DNA of 63,963 nt, filler included, from Octopus bimaculoides (Eukaryota): NCBI RefSeq assembly GCF_001194135.2. It is 7 parts of 7 records of this genome, joined end to end, with 100 filler letters (N's around TTAATTAATTAA, not from the genome) between each part and the next. Parts side by side here need not be neighbours in the genome. Positions count along the whole stretch, not along the records: positions 9,539 to 39,293 come from NC_068995.1; 6 more parts are not named here. One strand, written 5' to 3'. The first letter of the stretch is position 1. Each line of letters starts with the position of its first letter. The position numbers and the translations under genes are program-made. The notes under the pieces were generated by a model. The model searched no databases. It was not told where the DNA came from and saw only the letters and a list, made by a program, of their open reading frames with translations. Shown here one piece after another: positions 12,552 to 24,044 of the stretch.

Positions 12552-15500
12552 TCCAAGATCCTAAGTTCAGCAATACTTTGCTCCGGATGGGTTGGTATGT
12601 ATCCTGTTGCTCCAATAATGATGGGTACGAAGCTGAAAGTGTATCTTAGGTACTGGATTTGCAAACTCATTATCACTGGTCCATAAATGTCCTCTTTTTC
12701 TTATATTTTCTAATCACATTCGTGTTCAGAGGGAAGCTAATTTCCACAACAGAACATATCTTTTCTTTGTGGTCCCACACAACGATATCTGGCCGATTAT
12801 GTTTTAACTCGGTAGCTGTTTTAATTTTTGAGTTCCACCAATATTCTTTTGACCCATAGGTCTCAGTATGGTCAGTTTCGTTTCTAGGTATTTTTGCTAT
12901 CCTGTCCTAGAGACGTTTTGGCCACCGCATTATGCCTCATGGGAAAATGATATCTGAAAGACATTCCCTCACAGTTGGCAATAATGTGGTTAGTACTTTC
13001 ATTCTGGGTCATGTAAAGCTTACATTTGTTGTTTTTCAACACTTTCTGCCTTTTATGCTGTAGGTATTTGGCGGGGATATCTTGCATGGATGAAGCCTTC
13101 AAAATGGGATGTCATAAACTTGTCAGTATTCCATGCCAAGCTATTGATATGGTGAATTCCTTTTGTGGTTTGTGTTTTACGTGCTATGTATCCATGTACT
13201 ATCTTCTCAGTGAAGTTGTCCTTTTTTCTGTTGTTCTGATAAATCGATTTTACCAATGCCCCTTGGGAGAGATCTGTATCAGCTCTTATTTCATACCTCT
13301 CCTCAAGTTCAATAGCTATCGTGGTTATAAACATGTGAAAGAGAGTCATTCATCTCTTTCCTATGCTGCAGATTTTGTTTCAATTTCACAATCCGCGCTT
13401 CATATAACATCAGAACAGATTTGAGACCATGATCACCATCCTTGCGTGGGAAGTATATCCTGGCTTCATCTTCCATTGAAGTTGAAGTTTCCTACAACAC
13501 CGAACAGCTTGCGATTCGAACATCTAATTTAGTTCTTGCAATGACCAGTTCAGAAGGGCAAACGAAGGCGTGAGGACAGGTACTGCAGGTGTTGTGGGCA
13601 ATATGCTTGATGTAAGCTTAGAGTTCAGATGACGATATTCTTTTTACTCTCCTGGAGTATTTATTTATGGTCCTCTCCTTATTTATGGGTCCATCATATC
13701 TGATGTTCTCATCTTGTCCGAGATACCTATAATTGTCATCTGACTGTCGAGGTTTTATTGTCAAGCCGTCCATTCTTAGGTTTTTAGAGGTGGGCACAAC
13801 TTTTGTACGTTTTATTGTAAAAAATGCACATTTGGACTCACCAAAATTCATCCGAATGTCAGTAGAAAATTGGGTTATAAGGTCCACTTGTTTTTTGTGT
13901 GGTTGATATTTGGCCCATACAGTTTCAGGTGGTCGACAAAGAAAATATGGGAAATATTTCTGGATCCATTTCTCTAGTCACTATATTTTGTAAGCAGGTA
14001 TGATAGTGGATTTAATGAGAGAACGACAGGTTATCACCCAGAAAGATGCTTTTTTTTTTGGTAGTGAATGCTATCCGACTCAGTCCTCTCCTTATCACTC
14101 CTAATTAGCAGACTGGTGTACCAATAGCACGCACTTGTGGTTGTTGAACTTTGGTTGACTGTAAAGCCTTGATAATCCATGCATGTAGTATACTATCAAA
14201 AGCCTCCTGGTAGTTCAGCCACACTACAATTACGTTTCTACGATTTTTTATGTTTTTCCTGGATCAGTTGTTAATTAGTAGCTGTTGTACGCAACCCAAC
14301 ATCTCCTTCTTTCCTCCAATTTGCTCAGGTGTTATAATGTTGTAGGCGACACAACGACCCTGTAAGAACACATTGATCTGCCCAATGTATAATTTGTATA
14401 TGATGTTCTAGCAGGCTATTGGGCGGTAATTTTTATTAAGGGTGGTTCGGCTATTTTGTGGGATGAGGAGAGTGGTTGCACTTGATAACCATTGGGGTAG
14501 TTCTTGTGTGCCCTTGATACTTTCTCCATACAACCGTATGAGATCTCGCCGATAAAAGGTGAAATTCTTCAGCCAGTAACCTGTTATGAGGGCTGGGCCT
14601 GAGGATTTCCTCTGTAGAACTATTTCCAGTATTTCATTGTCTATTTCATATTGCTTTTTGCTGAACTTGCTTGCAGTAGTCTTGTTCAATTGATCAATTA
14701 TTTTCCATAAAGATCTCCAACCTAATCTTCTGTTGAAGTTTCTTTCACGGAGATTGAGCTTTTTGCATTGAAACTGCTCTAAACGGACTTGGGGTGTCTG
14801 GTAAATAATTTATTGAGCATTTGCTGTTTATATGTTGCTCATATATATTTTAGTTTTTCAGCTGTAGCTGTGAGTTTTTACTTTAGCTGGTGCAGTTTAA
14901 AGTTTAGGTCTTTGAATCCTGTATCATCAAATCGTCTTTCTAGCTTTGTCCGAAGTTTTCTTGGTGTCGTGTGAAGTTCCTTCCGCTGTTACGTTTTGTA
15001 ACTACAATTATCTATGAGATACTTTATCGCAGGAATAACATTTTATTTTTTAAATCACGAGCCTATGCTGGTTATGGCTTTCTTCTTGAATCTCGATTGC
15101 GTGGCTTCAGCACTTTGCGATGTCTTAATAATGTAATAGCTGAGACATATATCAAAAGGTTAATAGTTTCGTAGGTTGTTTCCATACCCCTGGACTGTGT
15201 GGTCTTGAAATATTTGCTTGCGATTGCGTTTACGGCCTCTAATTATAATTTGATGGGTTCTTTACTTATACTGGTGTTGTATGGCCTGTCATTCAAATTA
15301 AGGTTGTAGACCTCTTGAAGCATATCCCAATTCACTTGTAAGGCGCCCACAAGAGTTTGGTGTTCTGTTTGTACAGTATAGGTATGGATCTCAGCTAAAT
15401 TGTTTGAATATCGTTTGTTGCTAGATTTAACCGAACGTTTTTTCTGGCCGTCGGTGGAGGTGGGGTGGATTCCAGCCAAATTGTTGGCGCATTTACAACT

Positions 15501-15890
15501 TGATTCAGCAGACCGTTCTACCTGTCCATCAGTGAAAGTGGGATGATTATCTTCGATGGCTGACATATCAGCCTGCTTTGAATTAGACATGTCCGTTAGA
15601 TGTATCAATTTAAATCTAATGATATGTTACCCTTGTTCATTTAAATATTTGGTGGGGGGAATCTAATTCTGGGTGTCTAAACTACCACACATTTTTTAGC
15701 CTTTGCATAAAACCGAACTTCTGGTGCTTAGATTGTATATATGTTTCATATTCCTTGTTAAGATCGTACGTCCACTGTATACGGTGATTGTAGTCACGAT
15801 TTGGTCGAAGGGGACATACGTTTAGCCTTCACTGGTATTGGTATTTGTTTTCAGAATAGACAATGATCTTTTTTAAAAGTTTCGACAAAA
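12552..15890 (-). mobile_element. R4/Dong-clade non-LTR retrotransposon (RT, zinc finger, restriction-like endonuclease), pseudogenised
   Basis: Minus-strand pieces: N-terminal WTYDLNK; KSSGPALITGYWLK; NYRPIAC; EAFDSILHAWI; FSTDIRMNFGESKC; YRYLG; KCKLYMTQNESTNHIIANC; RHNAVAK; HNRPDIVVWDHKEKICSVVEIS; VPIIIGATGYIP. Many stops and frameshifts. Confidence 0.9.
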
Positions 15891-16169
15891 TTTTGTCAGA
15901 ATTAAATCAAAAGTTGATCACAGCCTAGGTAATCTTTCCTTTCATGTTGCTTTTAATTCTACAATTGTATTTAAACATTCATATTGAACGACGTTTGCCT
16001 TTTTCATAAACTGTTTTGAGACGTTACTCGACTTATTTCTTTATGTGTGTATCGTTAAAGCACTGTGTTTACATAAATGTTAAGATGTATGTATCATTTA
16101 TATAGATATACTAGAATATATGTAATGTTTAAAATACTTATGTAGAAATATTCATATGTAATCTTTTCA

Positions 16170-19100
16170 GACTCTGTATCTCAACTTTCCCCAATGTTTG
16201 GTATGTTGCCTTCATATGAGCAGCAATTACACACGGTTTCCAGAACGCTGTCCACAACCAGTAAGAAGGTCGAGATAGCAACAGAGGAGGCTATAGAGAA
16301 GTGTTAGGAAGAAGTGAAGAGTGTTACAACATTCTACACTAGAGGCAGAAGATACAGCACAGTGGAATGAGGTTTTCCACCGAACAAGAGGGAATAAATC
16401 ACTCCACTGTGGCTCTGAGGTCGCAAGAATGGGTACTCCTGCCGACCTACTGCGGCAAAAGAGTCACAAGAGTTAAGATAGGCAGGGTACCACCGGAAAT
16501 TGAAGAAGCGTGGATAGTGGCAGCCGTGATGCCCGGAACCCACGAAGTGACAAGAACAAAGAAAATGAATTGTTGGGGTTATGGACTGGAAATGGTCATC
16601 CAGGTCACCCAGCAAGACCTGAACGAAATAGCCGGTGTTGCTGCCAGAGAACATAAGGCTGAGAGTGGCAGTAGAAGGGAGACCTCCAGCATACTACCAC
16701 TGCGGAGAAAAGAGGCACATCAAAATAAAGTGCCCCCAGATAAACAATGAAACTGGAAAACCCCAGCATGAATAAAGCCGGAGTACCGAAATGACAAACC
16801 CAGCCCAATAGAAGTGTATCGAAGACATAGAAGAAATGGGATTTACAGAAGTACCCAAAAGAAAGAGAAAGGAAATAGTAAATACACCGCTGAAAAGCCC
16901 AAAAAAGAAAAGGAAGAATAGTAAAACAGAAGACATTGTACAGCAAACACACAATACACAAGACACACTCACACAACATATATCACCACCAGTAACACCA
17001 ACAAAAGAAAAAGAAAAGGAAACCCTGGTAGTCCGAGTTCACCGTGTAAACAAACCGACACGGACAGGCATAGCACACAGTCCCTCAAAAGGTCCCGTAC
17101 AAATGGAGCGCATACTGTAACATTCACAAAAAGTACGGCAATTGAACGAAAAATCACGAAGTTTAAATCGGTGATTAGAGTGAAATTGCCGGCTGAAGAT
17201 TATACAGAAAACAGAAGGCGAGTCGGTCGTTCTGGATCTGACTTTCAGAGGTAGGGCCTTCAGGTCGGTTGGCATTTACGCACCTAATGCAACAGGCAAA
17301 CGGAATGAGTTCTACCAACGCCTGGAGATCTGCCTAGCGACGTCGAAAACTTTACTTGTGTTAGGTGATTTTAACGCTATTTTTGATGCACGCATGGATA
17401 GCGTTGACTCGAACAATAGGAAATGTGACTCACGCCGCGTCAATCTACTGAAGCGATTTAGGCCGGCAGATCGATTCAGACTTGATAATCCGAACGTGCC
17501 AATGTGGACGTGGACGAATCACGACGGATCAATCAGGTCTTATATAGATAGGACCTTAGTTAATGCTAGAGATAAGTCTAGTGTTAGTTGTCCACAGTTT
17601 ACTTATGTACCCTACACAGATCACAAATTAGTAACGTGTAGGGTGCATATAGATAAGGTTCAGAGACAGGGATCTGGCTACTGGAAGTTGAACAAGTCCC
17701 TATTGGATTGTAAAGCTTACTGTAGCCAGATTAAGGTGTTAGTTATGAAGGGACTAATCGGCACCGTGTTAAATAACCAGTGGTGGGGTGCCCTCAAAAG
17801 AGCCATTCGTATTGAGTCAACTAGATTTAGCAAACAGCTAATTTTAGAGCAGACTAAAGTAGAAAGGTATTTAGTCAAGACGTTAGAAGAGGCGTTGAGA
17901 ATCGGCTCTGCACCCCAAGTTTTGGCGGCGAGATCGGCTTTGGACCGACACCTCAAAGCCAAACACGGAGGATGCAGAGTTCGGGCTAAAGTACGTGCAC
18001 TTGGGCGCGAGGGTATCAACGTCGCCGGATGTGCTCACTCGGCAGAAACCCAACGTGGCGTAGATGCTACGATTGGGCCTGTGGTTAACGAACAAGGACA
18101 GAAGATGGAAGGACAGGAAGAGATGTGCAAGGCCTTTCACGAGCACTTTGCTGCGTTGGACCATGAAGATTCCCTATGGAATTTCTGGCTGGTGGCCAGC
18201 GTCTTCCGGCGAGCGACGCTGAGCGCTGTGAAAGGCCGATCACGGCTAAGGAGGTTATAGAGGCGCTGTCCGAGTGCCCCGGGCCAAGTCGCTGTGATTG
18301 GATGGTCTACCTTACGAATTTTATAAGAGTATGCTAGACTTGTTCGGGAACATACTGGGCAGTGTTTACGTGAATTGGCAGCAGAATGGAAGAATTCCCA
18401 AATCTGTGAGCCGAGAAGTTGTGACACTGATCAGGAAAGACCCGAGCAAGGGGGATAAAGTAAGTAATTTTAGGCCTATAACTCTGCTAATCACAGAGTT
18501 AAAGATTTTGGCCAAGGTGTTAGCCACGGGAATGAGGATTGTCGTGGGCGACCTGGTGGGAGAGGCGCAGACATGCGCCATCTCAGGAAGGACGATATTC
18601 AACAACCTTCATGTCATACGCTACACCATAGAAAGGGTAGGCAAAGTTCCTGGCAAATGTGGGGCACTGGTGAATTTAGACCAGTCTAAGGCATTCGATA
18701 GGGTCGACTATTGGTATCTGGAGGCGGTCCTCCGGGCGGTCGGATTGGGCCCGACTTTCCGAGGTTGGATCGAAGCTTCATATTGTAACATAGAATGTGT
18801 CGTCCGGATGAATGGGCTCTTCTCGAGCCCATTCGCGATTGAACGTTCGGTTCGCCAGGGCTGCCCCTTGTCTCCGCTCCTGTACGTGCTGGCTCTCGAG
18901 CTGCTACTGCGGAGATTGGAGACGTTGGGTGGGGATCCGCGTGATCTATGTTACGGTAGAAGTCTAACGGCATATGTGGATGATGTTACTATCATTGTGT
19001 CTGATGAAGGGCAGCTACCTCGTGTAGGAGACGCCGTCAAATGATACGAAGCGGTGGCAGGGGCAGAAATTAACCAGGAAAAATCTGTCGGATTGAAACT

Positions 19101-20335
19101 CGGCACCTGGCGTGGCAAGTCGATGCCTCCTAATAGCGTCGTCGAACGTTGGACGGAAGGCCCGGTTAAGCTGTTCGGGGTCTGGTTTGCATCAGACCTC
19201 CAGGTGGAGAAAAACTGGAGCAAGGTAACGAGTAAGGTGACGGCCAAAATCCAGACTTGATCTGAGAGGACATTATCCTTGCTAGGAAGGGCCGAGGTTG
19301 CACAGGTGTTTATAGCATCTGTGATAACCTACCACCTGACCGTCGTGTCTTGTCTCGGTTTGTGGCTGAACAAGTTGGAAAGGATCCTGTTTCGCTTTTT
19401 CTGGAAGGGGAAACCACCACTTGTGAGGCGCTCCATTTGTTGTCAGAAACCGTTAAAAGGTGGACTGGGGATGCCTTGGCTGATGTTGTGCAAATATGCG
19501 TTGAGGTTGAGACACCTCCGGCGCTACCTGGTCGGTGAGCAGGTGTGGTCACCGTATGCTAAGCAACTTTTCCCATAATTGGAGTCCCTTAGGCACATGG
19601 ATCAGGCGGAGGCCTAAGATGGGAGATGGCAGAGAGAGTGCAGACAAGCACTAAATCTGTTCCCCCGAGCGAGCAATACCACTGCGGAATTTTATAGAGG
19701 GTTGGTAGAGTGTAAGTCTGACGACGTCCTGGGAGAGACTCTGGGCTTTGCCGATGAACAACTAGCCAGCCTGTTTGCGAGGACATTCGGGCCGAGGTAC
19801 CTGGATAATCTCCAGAAATCCTTGGCTTGGTTGTGCGATCGTTCGGCTTTACCAGTTTGGAAGAGGTTGTCCAGACACGGTTATAACACCCGGCACCCAC
19901 ATGTCCGAGATGCGGACGCATCAGTGAAACTGTCGCGCACGCCTTCGTACATTGTGGGGAGTTGAGGGGATTGGTGACCTATGTCGAACAACTGATGTCG
20001 GTTAGGGAAGGAGTACGGCTCTCGACTAAGTCCATAGTTAAGATCGTACCGCCTTCTTCCTTCAACAAGGAAAGGAAGGCAGCCTTTCTTCTTCGTAGTA
20101 GCCATACTGAAAGAGACAGTGTGGCGAACAAGAGCGAAAGGGATTGAGACAGGTCACTTCATCTCCGGTCAGGGGCTGGAAATTTGGCTCAGCTTCCACC
20201 TCGTGAGGAAGATCCGTCTGGAGAGAAAGTACCTGCCTCATAGCGTGTATGAGAAAAGATGGGAAAATGTAGTAAGAAAGTTGCGTATTATGGAGACGTA
20301 CTAATATAGCCAGTCAATGAAGAAGAAAGAGGAAA
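16170..20335 (+). mobile_element. L1/Tx1-type LINE, near full length, pseudogenised
   Basis: ORF1 remnant with degenerate knuckle YYHCGEKRHIKIKC; APE (GIYAPN, LGDFNA, SYIDR, TDHK, WKLN); RT (DGLPYEFY, NFRPITLL, DQSKAFDRV, SVRQGCPLSP, AYVDDVT); C-terminal region to stop at ~20304. Confidence 0.95.
18298..19044 (+). pseudogene. Tx1-type reverse transcriptase segment
   Basis: Canonical non-LTR RT motifs; interrupted by an in-frame stop after VGDAVK. Confidence 0.9.
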
Positions 20336-20394
20336 ACAATCTCGACCAAATAATGAAGGCAAGCATGAACGTTCAAAACTGACGGGTTGAAATA

Positions 20395-20581
20395 TTGGGT
20401 TGTCCGGAAAGTTCGTGCCGATTTATTGTAGCTTACCTTTCGATTTATTTGTCATGAAACCACCTCAATTCTGGGAAGAGGGTATTTTCAAGTTAAAGGA
20501 AAAATGGAGACGCATTGTGCAACAAAATGGTTCATATTTAGTTGATTAAAAATGTAATAGCAAGTATTTATTGATCTTTTT
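20395..20581 (+). mobile_element. Internally deleted mariner derivative
   Basis: TA followed by TIR ttgggttgtccggaaagttcgtgccgattt, joined directly to transposase C-terminus FWEEGIFKLKEKWRRIVQQNGSYLVD*. Confidence 0.8.
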
Positions 20582-21005
20582 NNNNNNNNNNNNNNNNNNN
20601 NNNNNNNNNNNNNNNNNNNNNNNNNNNNNNNNNNNNNNNNNNNNNNNNNNNNNNNNNNNNNNNNNNNNNNNNNNNNNNNNNNNNNNNNNNNNNNNNNNNN
20701 NNNNNNNNNNNNNNNNNNNNNNNNNNNNNNNNNNNNNNNNNNNNNNNNNNNNNNNNNNNNNNNNNNNNNNNNNNNNNNNNNNNNNNNNNNNNNNNNNNNN
20801 NNNNNNNNNNNNNNNNNNNNNNNNNNNNNNNNNNNNNNNNNNNNNNNNNNNNNNNNNNNNNNNNNNNNNNNNNNNNNNNNNNNNNNNNNNNNNNNNNNNN
20901 NNNNNNNNNNNNNNNNNNNNNNNNNNNNNNNNNNNNNNNNNNNNNNNNNNNNNNNNNNNNNNNNNNNNNNNNNNNNNNNNNNNNNNNNNNNNNNNNNNNN
21001 NNNNN

Positions 21006-21145
21006 GTTAGGGTTATGATTATTTTTGCCATAACCTAACACATAACCCTAACCCTAACCCAAACCCTAAAATCCTAACCCTAACATTAAACCCCTAACCC
21101 TAACCCTAACTCTAAAACCCGAACCCTAACCCTAAACCCTTACTA
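21006..21145. repeat. Degenerate telomere-like (CCCTAA)n tract with an inverted TTAGGG unit
   Basis: gttagggtta...taacctaac followed by taaccctaaccctaacccaaaccctaa...; abuts a gap. Confidence 0.85.
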
Positions 21146-22115
21146 GGGAATAACGATATAATTACCAGGAAATAACGATCTTGACACCAGCAAAAATTAT
21201 TGTTTACAAAAACAGCAGTAACTGTATTCAGCTGAATAGACGTGAGTGATTGGTTGAAATTACAGAAATACGACAACTTTAACATGAAATAACTTGCAAT
21301 ATATAAATTTTTGTTAAGAAGGCTAAGAGAAAAAGATGTTTTATATGACATATTCTACCAGTATCCCAAGTTTGAAAGTGTTTCGTTAAGAAAACAAGTG
21401 GTGCCCGTCAATTCATTCAAATTTTTAAATCGTAACGGCTTATCCTGATCTTCATATTGTAATTACAACAAGCAGTCAAAGAAGTCGAATTTTGCCACCG
21501 TAGGCGGAGGAGAAAAAGTTGAATTAAAAAAAGAAGAGGAAATACAACAGTATTTCGGACTAATTACAGAAACTGAAGGACAAATTAAACTGGATTTAGT
21601 TAAAATAGACAATGAGCGATGGCTAGAGGAATATTGGGCTATATTTAATAACAAGTTGATCTAGCAAGCGGGGCCTCATATCAGTGATGGGGGCCGGTGC
21701 GTATTGATGCCATCGAGAGGTAGGCCCCTAAACGGCGCGCATTCTCTCCTGATGACCCCATACGCATGCTGGCTTTCGGTATGCGGAGTTCTTGACTGGT
21801 AGCACTTGCATGTGCAACTTGTTTGCAAGACATAATTTAGCTTAAATGATAGAGCTTAATTCGAGGAATTTCATGGTATCAATCTCATGCAATGAAATTT
21901 TAAAAGAAAAAAAGTGATAGGTGTTTGTTTCTCAAATCAAATTTTAGGGTGATAATATAGTTCTATACTTTTTTATGAATACAGTTCTATAATGGGACTT
22001 TTAATATATGTCACCGGTATCATTGAGGTAAGGAAAAAATTATCAACGACCCCGCTAATTGACACATTTGACATTATTAATTAACATAATAGCATAACCT
22101 GGAAAAAATATGGAT

Positions 22116-23997
22116 TACATGGAAAAATGTGAGAAATAATATTCTTAAGATTATAAACCTGAAAAATTACAGAACAAGTTATTACTCTTGGAAAAGTTCA
22201 GGACAACTTATTACATCTGATAATGTAAAGAACAAGAAATTTTTTTACTTAAAATATTGCAGCTAAGGATTAAATTTGAATATCAAAAGCTATTTGATTT
22301 TAATTTACAAAGTAACATTCATCATCATCATTATCATCATCTTTTAACCTCCGCTTTCCATGCTAGCATAGGTTGAACGATTTGACTGAGGACAGGCAAG
22401 CCAGAAGGCTGCACTAGGCTCCAATCTGATCTGGCAGAGTTTCTACAGCTGGATGCCCTTCCTAACGCCAACCACTCCGAGAGTGTAGTGGGTGCTTTTA
22501 CGTGCCACCGGCACGAGGGCCAGTCACGCGGTACTGGCAACGGCCACGCTCAAAAGGTGTCTTTTACGTGCCACTTGCACGGGAGCCAGTCCAGTGGCAC
22601 TGGAAACGACCTCGGTCGAATGATTTTCTAGTATGCCACCAGCACAAGTGCTAGAAGGCAACGCTGGTAACGATTACGCTCTAATGGTGCTATTTACGTG
22701 CCACTAGCACGAAAGCCAGACAGCTGCTCTGGCAATGAACACGCTCGACAGTGCTGTTAGTGCTCCACTGGCGCGGTGACCAGTCATCGAGTATGGTTCA
22801 ATTACGATTTCACTTGCCCCAACAGGTCTTCGCAAGCAGAGTTTAGTGTCCAATGAAAGAGAGGTTTGCATGGGTGCCAGTCGTCGGATTCGGTTCGATT
22901 TCGATTTCGTATTTCAAATTTCTAATTCTAAATTCACTTGCCTCAACAGGTCTTCGCAAGCAGGGTTTTTAGTGTCCAATGNNNNNNNNNNNNNNNNNNN
23001 NNNNNNNNNNNNNNNNNNNNNNNNNNNNNNNNNNNNNNNNNNNNNNNNNNNNNNNNNNNNNNNNNNNNNNNNNNNNNNNNNNNNNNNNNNNNNNNNNNNN
23101 NNNNNNNNNNNNNNNNNNNNNNNNNNNNNNNNNNNNNNNNNNNNNNNNNNNNNNNNNNNNNNNNNNNNNNNNNNNNNNNNNNNNNNNNNNNNNNNNNNNN
23201 NNNNNNNNNNNNNNNNNNNNNNNNNNNNNNNNNNNNNNNNNNNNNNNNNNNNNNNNNNNNNNNNNNNNNNNNNNNNNNNNNNNNNNNNNNNNNNNNNNNN
23301 NNNNNNNNNNNNNNNNNNNNNNNNNNNNNNNNNNNNNNNNNNNNNNNNNNNNNNNNNNNNNNNNNNNNNNNNNNNNNNNNNNNNNNNNNNNNNNNNNNNN
23401 NNNNNNNNNNNNNNNNNNNNNNNNNNNNNNNNNNGCGACAAACTTGGTCACCTAGGTAGCGGAATCTATCAACTACTTCTAGTTTTTCACCCTGGGGTGT
23501 GGTAAAGGTTGTTTTCTGCACATTCTCAGTGTTTATTGCTCCTGAGCATCTGCCACATACAAAAACTATCTTGCAAGTTAGCCGTCCTTTGATATTGCTG
23601 CACCTCTTATGTGTCTATAGCTTACACTGGGTACATCTTATGGAGTTTCTACCGACGCCTTTTCTACAGATCGAGCAGGGCCGTCTACACACCTGAAACT
23701 TCCACACCTGAAACTTCTCCTCTAGTTCTGATAGTGACTCAGCAATTAGTGCAAGGTCATCAGCATAGAGGAGCTTCCAGGGGCAGGTACCATCATTTTG
23801 TAAAAATACTGACACACTAGACTACTTAAAAAATGAGAGCCAGAAGTACTAATATCACTAAAGTTTTATGCAAAGTAGAATAGTATATATGGTAGGCAAA
23901 TTCATTATGTAAAAAATAGGCATTGTGTCAAGACTATTAATTTTCCAGGTTTATAATCTTAAGAATATTATTTCTCTTGCTCGCATTTTTCCATGTA
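22116..23997. mobile_element. MITE-like element with ~55-bp TIRs, interrupted by an RTE insertion
   Basis: 22116-22168 (tacatggaaaaatg..gagaaataatattcttaagattataaacctgaaaaatt) is the reverse complement of 23938-23997. Confidence 0.65.
22319..23786 (-). mobile_element. 5'-truncated, internally deleted RTE
   Basis: CPWKLLYADDLALIAES, CRRPCSICRKGVGRNSIRCTQCKL, VVDRFRYLGDQV; 3' UTR and (CAT)n tail. Confidence 0.9.
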
Positions 23998-24044
23998 ATA
24001 TATATATGTGTGTGTGTACAAACACACATACATACATGTGTGTG

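Noticed and set aside
21670-21760. HDV-like ribozyme fold
   Set aside because: A 7-bp P1-like stem exists, but the L3 consensus and the P1.1 GG are missing on both strands.
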